Position numbers and translations under genes: made by a program | In this document: piece after piece, positions 44,248 through 61,322 of the stretch | Numbering within the stretch: position 1 is the first letter of the stretch | How the letters are laid out: the number at the start of each line of letters is the position of its first letter | Notes under the pieces: model-generated | Databases searched by the model: none | What the model was told of the DNA's origin: nothing | The model's input: only the letters and a program-made list of their open reading frames with translations | Source of the DNA: the human T2T-CHM13v2.0 reference genome, Homo sapiens | Direction: 5' to 3' (one strand) | Assembly: GCF_009914755.1 (NCBI RefSeq) | Contig: NC_060930.1 | DNA: 64,000 nt

Positions 44248-46104
44248 TTATTACTGGAAACAAGGTATCATCATATTCCTTGTAATATAACTCTTGATAC
44301 AATTATTTTATCTAATTGTCATGATTGCCCAATAAATTTATTTGATTAAAATTATTCCTACCCATGTTTAATAGCAATCAATTATCAACTCTTACTAATA
44401 CAACGTAAGATATTGTATTATGAGATATAGAAGATCCCAAGATAAATAAAAACAAAGTCCCTGGCCTAAAAGAATTTGTAATCTGCTTTAATAGTCATGC
44501 ATGTATATGGCAATTTGTGTTAAAATGGTTAAAAAATAATTGGAAAACTAAATGGAGGAAAAGATTATTTCCTACTATGAATCAGGAAAGAAAGTCTTTA
44601 CGGAATAATTCACATTAGATCTGCATCTTCAAGATAGCTATACTTTATCAAGATTCAAAGTCTGGGCAGGAAAGCACAGTCAACATTGGAGGAACTATGA
44701 GAGAGCTTAATACCTGGGGTCATAGATGCCTCAGAAAGTGTGGGAAGGAAAGGCTAATTAACCAGAGGAACAGAAAGACAGAAAGGTAATTGATACTGCC
44801 CAATTACCTTATATGGTTTGATATCAAGTCTGGCTCTTTATTTTTGAAGATCCCAATATCCTTCATTTTTAAATACCAGAGGCTCTATCAGGGCTACAGA
44901 AGACTTTTAACACATAGGCCATGGGATACTAACAGTAATGTTCTAAAAAATTCATTAGGTAAAGTGAAGGAACAAAAGGAAATTGTATATTTCAAATTAC
45001 TGTCTTTTAACTGTCAAATTCCTATGTGAATTTGATAGAATTGAAGTGGGTGAGAATAACAAAGTGCTCCAATTTGCCAGCACAGATTTTTCCATTGTGC
45101 TTTAGTATAAGTCCCTTATAGCTTTAAAATGTTTACATTGTTATTTTCAGAAGACCGTGGAACTAAAAGCAGTCAAGTCATGATATAATTGTACTTTAAA
45201 AGTCTGTGAAAAAAAAAAAAGACAATAAAAAAGCTGAATACAAGTCTCCACCAAACACAGCTTGCTGCTGTTTTTAGTATGACTATTAGATTTTTTTTTA
45301 CACCTGAATTTTCCCTAAGTCAGTACACCACTTTTGGTGTTTTGAGGCTAAATTGGAAGACCAATATTCATTATCCTCTGTGTTAGATTACTATTCCTTT
45401 TACTCTGATGAAGACTAAGCCAGAAGAGAACATGAAGAACAGCAAAACTACTCAGGTAGATGCAAGACAGAAGAGATTAATGAGGCCATGGAAGCAGAGA
45501 GGGGACATAAGAAAATTTGCTTCTGGAGCTTGTATGCATCAGTAACCAAAATCAAATGTATAAGTCAGAGGATAGAGGGACAACTATGAGCAAATTCAGC
45601 TACGCTTAAAAAGTTATGTTTTACTACTAAGTTAGTTATTAATAAGTAAAGAAAATCAGCCCTCATATACTTAAAAATAATTATGCATATTATGATATTG
45701 ACTTTTTAAAACATGTTTCTTTGGCACATAGTTGTGGAACACCAACTGCAGAATCACTGTGGTTTTAACTATTTTGAAGTTAATTGATTAAATGAATAGA
45801 TAGCAAGCCTTCACATCTGTACAAGATTTTATAACTTGCATTCAGTAAATATAATCACACTTGCTTTTGTAATGATATAGATATGGAGATATGGGGGGGT
45901 ATCAGATCCACTTTCTAGTTCAAGATTCATAGATAGTGGCTTGCCAATGTCACATAACCTCTAGTTCGAAGACTGAGGACTCAAACTTAGGTTAAGATTG
46001 ATTCCCATCATATAGTTAATACACATGCTGTACACAAAAACTAATGTAGCAATTGTTTGATTAAAGGCATTTATAAGTATCAGAAAATATCTATAGCTAT
46101 TAAA

Positions 46105-46330
46105 ACTAATATTTTAAGCACTTACTATGTTCCAGATACTATTCTATGTGTTTACCCTCATAACCACTCTACGAGGTAAGTAATATTACCCCATTTTACT
46201 GATGAACACATTGAGTCAGGAAGTGGTTGCATAAAATACTCAAATTCATTCAGCTAATATGACACCATTATGTGAATCTAGGGAACTGGGCTTCAGAACC
46301 CATGCTCCTAACTGCTAAGCATATTGTCTC
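46105..46330 (-). mobile_element. MIR
   Basis: aagcacttactatgttccagatact...cccattttactgatgaacacattgagtc. Confidence 0.75.
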
Positions 46331-47102
46331 AAAATTAGATATGTAAAAAATAAAATTATTTTAGGTCTAGTTACTACTAGCAAACTGATAGGAATGTTTA
46401 CATTTTGCTCCTCATCAATACATGGCCAGAAATGCTCAGCCAAATTAGAATAGAAAAGTGATTTGAATACTATAGATAGTACATTTAAATAATTAAGACT
46501 CCCTCTCCCATTTTGCTTTGAATATGCAGGACCTGGCTTTTGAGGAATATATAGTGTATGTTGACAGGACTTAGAAAATACTGCTATTAATCAAAATCTA
46601 AAGTCAATAGGAAAAGATAAAAATGTTCATATATTTTATTAATAATTGTAATAATTTCTGGCATATTATCAGTTGAATTGCTAAGATTCCAAAGTAGATC
46701 TGTTAGATAAATGTTCAACTTCCTACTTTATTTACCTGGGAAGAATTTCCCAGTGCCAATCATTTAGATTTTCATAGTAGAGAAGAGTTTTATAATATAG
46801 ATTCAGATATGTCATTTATCTCCTAAGATAAAAAACAAAAACAAAAAATTGGCTCCCTGGTGCTGGGCAGGGGCCAGGTGGCTAGTTCTAGTTCACCTAG
46901 AAGGATGAGGTGTGAGCCTTTATCCTTCAGTGGTCAATCAGGTCCATGGGGAATCTTAAAAGAAGGAACTCACGGAGTGAGTGACTAACGCTCACTCTGC
47001 TCTAAACCTTAACAGGGGAAAGTAAAAGTAGTTTGGAGGTTTCTGCCTCTTTCAAACAGCTAAGAAAACCAGAAAGGAATTTGCATTGTAGTCTTTACTA
47101 GG

Positions 47103-47149
47103 TGTTTCACTAAATGTTCTCCAAGCCAATAGAATCAGTGTAACACACA

Positions 47150-47185
<36 letters not shown>

Positions 47186-47572
47186 GAGAGAGAGAGACAG
47201 AGACAGAGAGAGACAGACAGACAGAGAGAGTAAGAGATTAATTTTAAGGACTTGGTTCATGCTCATGCAGGGGCTGGCCAGTGTGAAATTTGTACGGCAG
47301 CTCAGCAGTCTGAAAACTCAGGCAAGATGTTTATGTTAGAGTCTTGAGATATAATTTTTTCTTCTCTGGAAAACCTCAGCTTTTTATTCCAAGGCCTTCA
47401 ACCAATGAAATGAGTCTCACCTACATTATTAAGGATAATGCCCTTCGCTTAAAGTCTGCTGAGTGTAAATGTTAATCACATATACAAAATGCCTTCAGAA
47501 GCAACATCCAGACAAATGTTTGACCAAACAACTGGACGCCACAGCCAAATTCACACATAACTAACCATCACA
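47103..47572 (-). mobile_element. MLT2D-like LTR with compound (CA)n(GA/GACA)n microsatellite at 47143-47230
   Basis: gaaaacctcagc...aaggccttcaa...tttgaccaaacaactgg...taaccatcaca. Confidence 0.8.
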
Positions 47573-48101
47573 CTTTGTAATAGTCTTCTCAGCTTCTCTT
47601 CCTTTAACTCATCCATATACATCAACAAATCATGTGCTCAATTCAATAAAGATAGCTAAAGATATAGTAATTGCCTCAAACTCTTTATCTTTTTCCTGAC
47701 CTGTTTCAATAATACCTTCAGTTCACCCTAAAATACTGATGATTATTCAACACTCTGATGCCAGGCTGTCCTTTGACGATCTGGATAAAGGACTTGTTCC
47801 TCTTCTCTTCAGACACTCCTTAAAATGGATCTCACAGCACTGATCTCATGCCCAGTAGCCCATCTAGACTAATCCAAATGCTCAGGGAGTGAATCAGATT
47901 CTGACCCTAAAAGAAATTTGAAATTTCCTGTAGTACTTCCTGTAATATTCCCTAGAAACTAAAAATAATGGGGATGTAAGACATGACTTTACATTATCTG
48001 ACTATGACCTGGCAATTATCTACTTCTGTGTACTATAAGAATACATAATTAGGCCACTGTCTAAGTCTCCACTACTTTCCCTCTTGTGTAATTTAACCTT
48101 C

Positions 48102-48496
48102 TGCTATGGTTTGAACATCTGTCCACTCCAAAATTCATGTAGTGTTTAATTGCCAGTATATTGATTTTAAGAAGTGGGACTTTTGTGAGGTGATTAGACA
48201 TAGGGGCTCTGCCCTCATGGGTGGAATTAATGCCATTATAAAAGGGCAAATTTGGCCCCCTTTTGTCCCTCTTAGCCCTTTGGCCTTCTGCCACATGAGA
48301 ATCCAGCCTTTCTCCCCTCTGGAGAACACAGCGTGCAGGGCACCATCTTGGAAGAAGAGAAAGGTCTCACCAAACCTGCCTATGTTTTGGGCTGAGACTT
48401 CCCGGCCTCCAAAAGTGTGAGAAATAAATTTCTGTTTTTTTATAGATCACTCAGTCTGTGGTATTCTGTTATAGCAGCCCCAAATGGACTGAGACA
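48102..48496 (+). mobile_element. MST-family MaLR solo LTR
   Basis: tgctatggtttgaa...aaatggactgagaca; near-TSD ccttc/ccttt. Confidence 0.88.
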
Positions 48497-48509
48497 CCTT
48501 TCTGTTTCT

Positions 48510-48780
48510 GCATCACACTAAGGCCATTTCTTCTTCAGGGATTTTGCCTATTGCTGTTTCTTCTGCTTAGCATGCTCTTTCTTTGGGATTCCAAATGCCT
48601 TTTTCATTCTTATCATTCACATCCTAGATAAAAGTCATCGAATATGCCTCTATCTAAATTATGCCTTTTTCTTCTGCCCTGGCCATTCATATCCATTTCA
48701 TCCTCTACATTTTCTTTATTGCACTTATTGCTATTGGAAATTATCTTATTCATTTTTTTTCTTGTTTGTCTACACCTTCC
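48510..48780 (+). mobile_element. L2 fragment
   Basis: ttgctgtttcttctgcttagcatgctcttt; tttctttattgcacttattgcta. Confidence 0.6.
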
Positions 48781-51700
48781 TACCCACCTCTAGCTCCACT
48801 GTGATAAATGAGTTTTGAGATTTTGGGGATGTGTAGGAATCTTTGAGATTTCATGGAAAACAATCACTCCTGTGCCTCATTTTTAATTTAAATAAATTCA
48901 GAACATTTTGCTAATAGGATTATTTTGCTAATAATTTAATAATACTCTGTCACAATTGTGTTAGAATCCACATAACCAGGGCAAACCTACAGAACATATT
49001 GAGGTGGGAAAATTATATATTAATTGTCTTTAATTCCTCCTTTGGTGTCATTTTCTTATTTCTATAACTACTTATCTTTGAACTCCAGGTCCTCCTACCT
49101 TTTAATTGTGACTCTTATTTTTATCACTAAAAATATCTATCTAAAAAATCCCTATACATAGTCTTGTAACTCCCTATAAGAGAGTGGGAAGTTGACCCTC
49201 TGGGAGGATTATATATTAAATGCACAGTATTTATCTTTTGCTGTCAAGTTTCTTTGACTAAACACTGGGTTTGTGAGATACAACAATGTCGCATATAGCT
49301 TAAGTTTGTTCGTTTTCATTGCTATGTAGTATTCCATGACATGAATAAATCAGAATTAATTTATTCATATTAAAATTACTGGACATTACGATTGCTTTGA
49401 TTTAATGATGGCTATGAATAAACTATGAATACACTATGAATGTCTATGAATGTTCCTGGACATTGATTTTCATGCACACATATATGCATTATTGTTGGGT
49501 ATGTACCTACAAATGAAAATGACTAGATTTCATTAGGCATCTAGATACCAGCAGTTATAGTGTTTACAATACATGGATAAATCACAACCCAATACCAACA
49601 ACTAAACATTTAGATTGTTTTCAATTTTTTTGTTGTTTTCAATTTTTTTTTGGTGGGGGAATGGAAGGTTAAATTAAACAGAAATTATATAATTTAAACA
49701 AATTTAGACAGTCTTAAAAAGGGGGTTAATCAAATTATAGTAGTTTGTATATTATGATAAACAACATGTTTTTCTGAAATAAAGAGCTCATCCTAGGATC
49801 AGAGAAAAATCAAGTGACAGTTGCCTATTGTTATGACCAGCACTTTATTTGTTAACAGATCAACATCTCTTATTTTTGCTTGTATAATAAGTCCTGGGTG
49901 AAGTCATGGAAGCAACTCTGGGCATGAAGTAAGGTGAGCCACCTTCTCATTTTATCAATGTCATAGACCATTGATGTAGTCTTTTACTTATTTTTTCAAC
50001 CTTTCTGGGGCTTGGTTTACTGATAAATAAAATGAAAATTTTAGAAAATCATTATTTTAACTCTAAAGTAAACTCGAATATAATTTTGTAATATAATATT
50101 TGTATTCCATCACTAATCTTATCTATAGGCCGTATTGAATTTCGCAGGAATTAGCAAGTGGTAAATATTTCCAACTACATTGAAAATAACAAATTACTTA
50201 GCATGTTATTAGAGAAGCCCAAAATGGTTTCTGATAATTTTCCAGCATGAATAATTATTCTTCATTTAGAGAAAAGATTTTTTTCTGAGCATTCATCCTC
50301 TAATACCATTATTGTCATTTTAATAAATTAGTTTTAGAGCACTGCAATTGCTATTTTAAGACATTCAGTTAGAGGAGCAACATTTTGAGAATACACCACA
50401 AATCTGTGATTAGAAAACACTTTATTATGCTCTCTAAAGAGACAAGTTTTTAGTCATTTTTCTATGAACAAAATTCTAAGAATTTCAAAATATAGTGTGA
50501 CTGTATGAGTTGGAGAAGGAGCAGAGACAAAATTAAAATGCTGCACTAGGTTTGAAAACTGGTTCACCACAAGGTGTTTGCTATTGCTTATGTGCTTTCA
50601 GAGCACAATATCATTTTCATTATCTTTGCTTTGATATGGATTTAGCATCAGCCTTCAAATACTGAACATACATTTTAGATGTTAGACAATAAAATAGGGT
50701 CTAGAAAAAGTGAATGTATTTTTAGAATAATAAAGAATATATTTTATATCCTCTGATCTTCATAAGAGAATAATGAAAGCAGATTCTTAGATAACTAAAT
50801 AAAACACTTCTGAATGGGTCTGTTCCTTGAAGGTAGAAAAAAGGACTTTCAGTTAGTTTTGTTTGTATTTTTTAATCTATGAAAATATAAATCTCATTTT
50901 ATGCATAACTACCTTATTGAATTGCTATCACCACATATAATTACATATTCATGAATAAATATATACCTACTATATATATAAAATATATGTTTCAACATTT
51001 CAATGCACATTAATAAATGAACAGCCACCTTCCCATCACAGAACTATTGACATGAGTCTCTCAGGTTTTCCATATATGCCATTAGAATTAGGAGGATACT
51101 CTGTTTTAGTAATAATTAGGATAGTCTTTTTTTTTTTTTTTTATAGTCCTGGCTCTCTCCAGACTCCAAATTCTTGGTTTATCATATGTTTAGGATATAA
51201 ATGGCCAAAATATATTTTGAAAATAATGGGAGAGGGAAAACAGACAGAAGTAGAATCTCCTTGATGCATTCAGAGATTAGTGTTCTTAAGAGACAGTGAA
51301 AACCTGCATAGCTCAAGGTTTGTGTGTTTATGAACAAGCCTGTCATATTTCCAGTAAGGTGCTAGGGTGAGCACAACACATTAAGAACCTGGCAGTGCAG
51401 CACGGGTCATTTCATGACTGCATGGCTTCTTGTATCCCTTGTAAATACAAAATACACACAAAAAAGCCTCATTTGGCTCCGATTTTACTACAAGGCAACA
51501 GTAATGCATAAATACAGAAGAATCAAACAAAGACAGTGGCTTTTTTTAAATAGAAAAAAAGTGACATGAAAGGAAAGCATTTCAAAGCAAATTGAAAGTT
51601 GCCTAAAAAATATTAGTAGAACAAAAATAAATCCAAAAAGGAAGAAATGCAAAAGTAAAATGAAAATTGAAATGGCTTTTGAAGTTTGTAGTATGTTTCT

Positions 51701-52331
51701 GAACTGCTACAGAAAGAGGGCTGGAATGGTGAAATAAAAATTAAACAATGGAATGAATTAGAAAGAAAAACAGTCCATGGTTTCAATGTGATTATAAGTT
51801 GAGATACTATAAAAAATACATGTAGAAAAATTCACAAGTGTTTTATGCATATGAGATTAAATTTAGCATAAAAAAGGATCTCCTGGCATCTGTACAATGT
51901 AAAAGATTTTAAAATGACATTTATGATTAAGGATCAAATAAAGTGCCTGAATGATTTGCAGTGAAAGATAGTACACATAGAACTGCATTACTTCAGACAC
52001 ATCCTAATAGATTATTATGTTTTATTCTAAAAGCAAAGCATTAGTCTCATATAAGGATTATAATGGTGATAATGTCAAGATAAGCTTTTATTTAGATATT
52101 CTGCCATTTCTGAGAGTCCTCAAATAATCAATCTCTAATATATGACCTGTAAAGTAGACTAACTGCTTTAATAAGGTCTCCCTTAAGCTTTCAAGACAGC
52201 TCATTCTCTCTGTTGATAAAATGTGTAACCTTAGATTCTTTCTCTATAAAACCTTCCCAGAAAGCTCCAGCTGGTGACTTTACCATTGCTCAAGTTAGGG
52301 AACTTATAGTCTTCAACTAATCATGTGCTGA

Positions 52332-52497
52332 TAGGAGTAAATCTATGATTTGTGGCATCTGAGGCACATATATTTGGGGAAGAGATTTAGGGAAAAAATA
52401 CAAAATTATAAATACAAAATGAGGTACAGGGCCTTGGAAGTCAATTGAGATGTCCTTAGGTTGATGCTTTATTAACTTTTAGGTAAATCAGCCCCTG
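52332..52497 (-). mobile_element. MER53-like DNA transposon (MITE)
   Basis: aatacaaaattataaatacaaaatgaggtacagggccttggaag...ggtaaatcagcccctg matches recalled MER53. Confidence 0.75.
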
Positions 52498-53049
52498 TGA
52501 TGTATCTAAAGGTAGCTAACTCCTTTATTTGCCTAAAATTATTTTAGTAGGCACCAGAACATTCCATGTTTTCTCAGAATTGTAGCCAAACCTTTAAAGC
52601 TGAGGGCAATGAATGATAAATATCCTAAATTCTGAGTATATTTCTTGAATAGATTTACTAAGAGGTAGTCCAACTGACCCTTTGACCACTTTCTATCACA
52701 CTCTATAACTATTCTCTTCTGTAAGAGAAAGGTAAAGATCTATTGGAGAAAATTTTAAATGAAATTCATAGGGCTAAACAGTTCTGTGGCTTTTCCCACC
52801 AACAAAATCAAGTTAAAGGAGAGCTCGAGTGATTAGGGTTATCTGCAAAAGAGTAGATACTTCATATATTGACTGGATGTTTGCTCACCTGTAGATATTC
52901 AAATGCCTGGCCTATACTATTAAAGAATTGAGCATGAAAAAAATTCTCAGGAGAAGTTCACATGTGTTCTCAATAATTTGGAGCCATAAAGTGAATCCAA
53001 AAGTTGCTTAAAGTTGCGTACAATATTAGCAAGTTAGAAAGTTACACCA

Positions 53050-56325
<3,276 letters not shown>

Positions 56326-57598
56326 GAAGCTATATTATCACTGCTTTGCAGGGCAAAGATGCATGAGTTTTTGTGGCCCAAGTTGGGTAGAATTTTAATA
56401 AAACTTTTCAGTTACTCCAAAGTGACCCTAAAGGGTAATCAGATGTGATCAAAGGAAATCTGGCAGCGTGTTTTCTCATGGTAGGAGAAGGAAAAAGTTT
56501 TTCTTATTTATGCTCTATGGAATTCAGGTTATTCAATGAAAGTTAAACTTATTTATTCAGTTGGTAAATTCCTTGGAAGGAACTAGGTTTATTTGTGTTT
56601 ACATTTTCTGTGGCACTTGATATAATGCCTTCAATATTGTATTTGTTCCATGAATATTTGTTGGTTTGTTGATTACTTCCCTGTAATCTTTTTCATTGTC
56701 AATTGAAGTCTAGGAGAGGAACACCAGTTTTCTGAAAAGTGACTTAGCACAGACGAACAGCTGATTTCTTGCATTACTTTGCTAAAATGAGGGTTCTTTT
56801 ATAATTATAAAAATTCAGCATTTATGCCATTCATTTCAAGTGTTGTTATAGGTATATAGCAGTGAAGGATTGTTACTCATAATCCAACTATTTTTGAGAA
56901 ATGGAATCCATACAAACTCTCCACAAGAAGAGTAAAACTCGAATTTTCACTGAACTTTCCTTTGTATAACTCCCAGAGATAGACCCTAGATTGCTGATGA
57001 TAAAAATTATGCTCCAGCTTTGAAATGTCAGCTATCAATTTCATAGCACTGTTTGACATGTGACAGCTTTTTCATGTGAACAAATTCCTATAGATTCTGA
57101 CCTAACATGATTTCCTTTGATGAGAGTCAGTATTGTTTTGAAACATTCAATACATGTTTTAAAGGAAAATTTTACAATTTTAATAAAACCACTAAACTAG
57201 ACTCATAATATTGCTGAGCATATCAAAAGAACGAGTTCAAATAGGATCTGCAAAAAATGACCAAAGACATATTATTTAGTGAGGCCTGGGGATTCATTTG
57301 TCTGAGGTCATTTTGACTAGATCTCTACTACACAGTTTAGTTACCAGTGTTGCGGCCACATATCTTTTGGAATGCTATATATTGTATTTTTATCAAAGCT
57401 AGCAAACAATATTTAAAACAGAATATCACAGTGCTTGATAAATAATCATTACAAAAGTCTTATATAATTATTGAGGTTGCACTGAGAAACTTCTGTGGAT
57501 ACTGATTAAGTCAGCAAGTCAGTGATTAAATTAACTGGAAAAAAAGATGCTCACTTGAGACCTTGCTTCCACTTATGTGTGAGAATATGTGGTGTTTG

Positions 57599-57796
57599 CT
57601 CTCTTGCTGTGTGATATGCTGGCTTTCCATCACCTTCCACCATGATTGTAAGCTTCCTGAGGCCTCAGCAGAAGCAGATTCCAGCAGCATGCTTCTTATA
57701 AAGCCTGCTAAACCATGAGCCAATTAAACTTCTCTGCTTTATAAATTATCTAATCTTGGGTATTTCTTGGCAGAAATGCAAGAACTGAGTAATACA
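57599..57796 (+). mobile_element. MSTA-like LTR, 3' half only
   Basis: caccttccaccatgattgtaagcttcctgaggcctc...aactgagtaataca; 5' half missing. Confidence 0.88.
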
Positions 57797-58069
57797 GTAA
57801 GCATAGCCTGCCTCCATGATGGGATAAGAAATTATTACAGAACATTTACATCAAAAGAGAAGATGGCTTCCAACTTCAAATTTCCTTGTCAATATCACAT
57901 ATATGTGTGGATATACATGTGTCAATTTTGTGGAGCTCAATATTCTGTCAGATGTGTCATTTAAATTATGCAGATACTAAATTAAACTTTATACTTGACA
58001 ATTACACATGAAACTGTTTTAAGAAAGAAATAGCAAGGAATGCACTAGTAATTGTCTGAAACACTCTAA

Positions 58070-58225
58070 ATATTAACACATCTAAGCCTCATCACAATCT
58101 ATGAGATAAGGAATATTCTTATCTCCATTTTAATACAAAGAGACTGAGGCATGGAGGATGGGGAACAGACTCAGAATTTAAAACCATGCAATCTAGTGCC
58201 ACAGTCTATGTGCTTAACTACTAAA
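58070..58225 (-). mobile_element. MIR
   Basis: cctcatcacaatctatgagataagg...agactgaggcatggagg. Confidence 0.7.
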
Positions 58226-58779
58226 ATTTTAAAGAAAAATCATTTCAATATTCTTTGGGGCATGAATAAAAGAACCAATAAAAATGGGTCAATGTTTTGA
58301 ATAAATGTACATGTAGTGTGACACATCCTTAAGTATGTATCATTTATTAGATTTTAAAAGAATAGAGACGCCAATCACCCCAAACTGACTAGAATAATCA
58401 CTTGAAAAAAAGCTCTTTAAAAAGTGAAGGAAGAAGTGGATATAAAGTATAATTAAGATAAAGTTTTGCTGTCTCCGCTTTAAATATAGGATCTTACAGA
58501 GACCAAGAGACAAGGACCTGTTCAGTCTGCTCTTCATTTGCAGAAAAATTCTGTGAGTATAATCATATTTATCACTGGATATTTTTTCACACAGTGTCTA
58601 TTCTTCATAGGAGAAACAGGCAGAATTTACTGCCCAATACATTCTAGAATGTTAAATATATATTTGAAAATATAATGCTTTAAAAAATGCAGGCTGCTCT
58701 GACAAAGACTACTACATAAATTAGATGATAAAAGTAATAGATGTTATTGTATCAGATTCTGCATATTTACATTAGGTAA

Positions 58780-59230
58780 AAACCATTCTGTGGCTATTAT
58801 CAAATTGACAGAAAATAACAGATGCTGTCAAGGATGCACAGAAAAGAGAACCCTTGTACATTGCTCATGGGACTGTAAAATAGCATGGTCCAGTCATTAT
58901 GAAAAACAGTATGGAGCTTCTTTGAAAATGTAAAAATATAACTACCATATGATATAGCAACCTCACTACTGGGTTGGTATCCAAAGAAAATAAAATTAAT
59001 ATGTCAGAAAGATATCTGCATATCTATTTTTGTTGTAGCACTATTCACAATAGCCAAGATAGAGTTACACTAAGTGTCCATCAACAGATGAATGGATAAA
59101 GAAAATTGGATAGATATGTATATAGATAGATAGATAGATAGATAGATATAGATATATATACTATTCAGCCTTAAAAATGAATAAAACCCTGTCCTTTGAG
59201 GCAACATAAATGGGCCTGGAATATGTTATA
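58780..59230 (+). mobile_element. L1MA-like 3' fragment with (TAGA)n at ~59122-59150
   Basis: gcactattcacaatagccaagata...taagtgtccatcaacagatgaatggataaagaaaa. Confidence 0.8.
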
Positions 59231-59234
59231 CTTT

Positions 59235-59925
59235 TTTTTCTGTGTATGGGTTGCATGTTTCTGCTGGTTTGCTTGTCTCTTATTTGTTTTCTCTTACTAA
59301 AAACTGAACATTTCAGGTAATATTTTGTAGCAACACTGGGTACTGATTTCCCCTTCACTACCTCCTCTCTGGGACTTGTTTGCTTGTTTGCTTGTTGGTG
59401 ACTAGGCTGAAATATTTTACTGAAGTATATTTCCCTTGCAGTGTGCAGCCTCTGATGTTTTTCCTCATCTTTACAGTCACCCTGGCATGGCAATGGTTAT
59501 ACGAGGACTCTTGGTCTCTTTCCCTGATTTTCCTATTGAACCATCTGCTTCTGTAAGTATTACATCCATCTGTTAGCTTCCACTATTTGCAGGATGATTT
59601 CTTTATTGTTTTCAACAATGTTCTGGTGCATAAATTCCATTTCAGTTTGATCCAATTAAACATAGGATCCTTTGCATAAGATCAGTCTTTGAGATTTGTT
59701 CCAATCCAGGAGGGCTCTTACTTGCTTCTTTCTCTAATTTTCTCTCTGGCAAACTTGTGGCTGGACTATAGTTTAGCTTGTTGCTCTCATGGAGTTACCA
59801 GCCTCCTCTTAATGAATCAGCAAAATTTCATTGTTATCAAGAGTGCCCTTAGCTTGATCTTCCTCACACCTTGTTTGAAACAGTCAATTCACTTGAAGAG
59901 AGCTTCAGAGCCTTCTGCTTTTACA
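59235..59925 (-). mobile_element. Old L1M 5'/ORF1-like fragment
   Basis: gggttgcatgtttctgctggtttgcttgtctc...aaaactgaacatttcagg...gtagcaacactgg. Confidence 0.5.
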
Positions 59926-59928
59926 GCT

Positions 59929-59980
59929 CCACTGTATTCCAGAGAGCAAGACTCTGTTTCAAAATAAAAATAAATAAAAG
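59929..59980 (+). mobile_element. Alu 3' tip with tail
   Basis: ccactgtattccagagagcaagactctgtttcaaaataaaaataaataaaa. Confidence 0.7.
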
Positions 59981-60112
59981 TATACAGGAGAATGGGCATA
60001 GTTTATTTGCCAATATTATGCCATTTTCTATAAGGGAATTGAACATCCTCAGATTTTGGCATCTGAAGGAGGTCCTGGAACCAGTCATTCATGGATGCCA
60101 AGGGACAACTCT
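59980..60112. mobile_element. Tigger3/MER2-like terminal fragment
   Basis: tataagggaattgaacatcctcagattttggcatc...gtcctggaaccagtc...gagggacaact-like TIR end. Confidence 0.75.
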
Positions 60113-60129
60113 GTGTGGTATGGTGTCGG

Positions 60130-60131
<2 letters not shown>

Positions 60132-60167
<36 letters not shown>

Positions 60168-60182
60168 GTGCGTGTGTGTGTG
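60132..60182 (+). repeat. (TG)n microsatellite with CG interruptions
   Basis: ~25 alternating purine/pyrimidine dinucleotides. Confidence 0.95.
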
Positions 60183-60943
60183 TTATTTAACCAGATAATG
60201 GCTGTTTCTCTGGGGAGAGTGTTCATAGAGATCATTACTCTGCCAGTTTGGAATTGCTGTATATGTTAATGTTTCTATTGTTGGGGGTGTGAAGTGCTAA
60301 TGGACTCTTAATTTTGTTTTCAAGAATAGTTTGCAAAATTATTGAAGCCTTTAATCTATATGATAGGTAAAGTGGGCCATACATTCCTTTTCTATTAAAG
60401 AATTACTGTTTAATAGACTATAAACCCCCTTTTATAATGATAAAATAATTTGATGAGTTTCAGGAGATTAAATTCATGTGCTCACTAATTTATAATTAAC
60501 TCATAAACAAAATTTACCAAATAATTTATTTTTGTTTTACAAAGCTTCAAGGATTGAATGAGTGAGTAATGCTTTATGTCAACTGTTTACTTGCCTCTAA
60601 CAAAAATACATTCAATCACAAATAAAATTTCGTCTGTCCAGTTTACATTGGAACCTGTCAGCACCAGCACGTCAGAAGCCATTCATAACTAAGCATGAGT
60701 TGAGCATTTGAGAATCAAAACAAAACAAAAAAAATGTCTATATATTTTGTCAGGTTAGATCTAAGGAAATAGAAAAACAAGACCCCCTTTTAACAGTTAC
60801 ATGTCTAAGTTATCTAAGTCAATATATTTCACAGAGGTCCAAAGATATACAAATTACTGAAAACTAAACACGTTTTCTAAAATATGCAAATACACAATGT
60901 CTGAGATCTTTCAGTAAAAGTCTCTGTGTGCAACATACTGTTG

Positions 60944-61322
60944 TGATATAGTTTGACTCTGTCCCCACCGAAATCTCATTTTGAATTGTAATCCCCATAA
61001 TCCCCACATGTCTATGGAGAAATCTGGTGAGAGGTTGATTCGATCATGGGGGCAGTTTCCTCCATGCTGTTCTTGTGATAGTGAGTGAGTTCTCACGAGA
61101 TCTGATGGCTTTATAAGGGGCTCTTTCCTCTTTGCTCCTCACTCTTCTCTCTTCTGCTGCCATGGGAAGAAGGTCCTCGCTTCCCTTTCACCTTCCACCT
61201 TCTACCATGATTGTTAAGTTTCCAGAGGCCTCCCCAGCCATTCAGAACTGTGAACTCTTTCCTTTATAAATTACTCAGTCTCAGGTAGTATATTTATAGC
61301 AGTGTGAGAACAGACAAATACA
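60944..61322 (+). mobile_element. THE1 (C/D-like) solo LTR
   Basis: tgatatagtttgactctgtcccc...gaacagacaaataca; near-TSD tgttg/tgtgg. Confidence 0.9.

Noticed and set aside
49410-49451. Four ctatgaat units resembling a spaced array
   Set aside because: Spacers are 2-4 nt; a local micro-tandem in an L1 relic, not CRISPR-like
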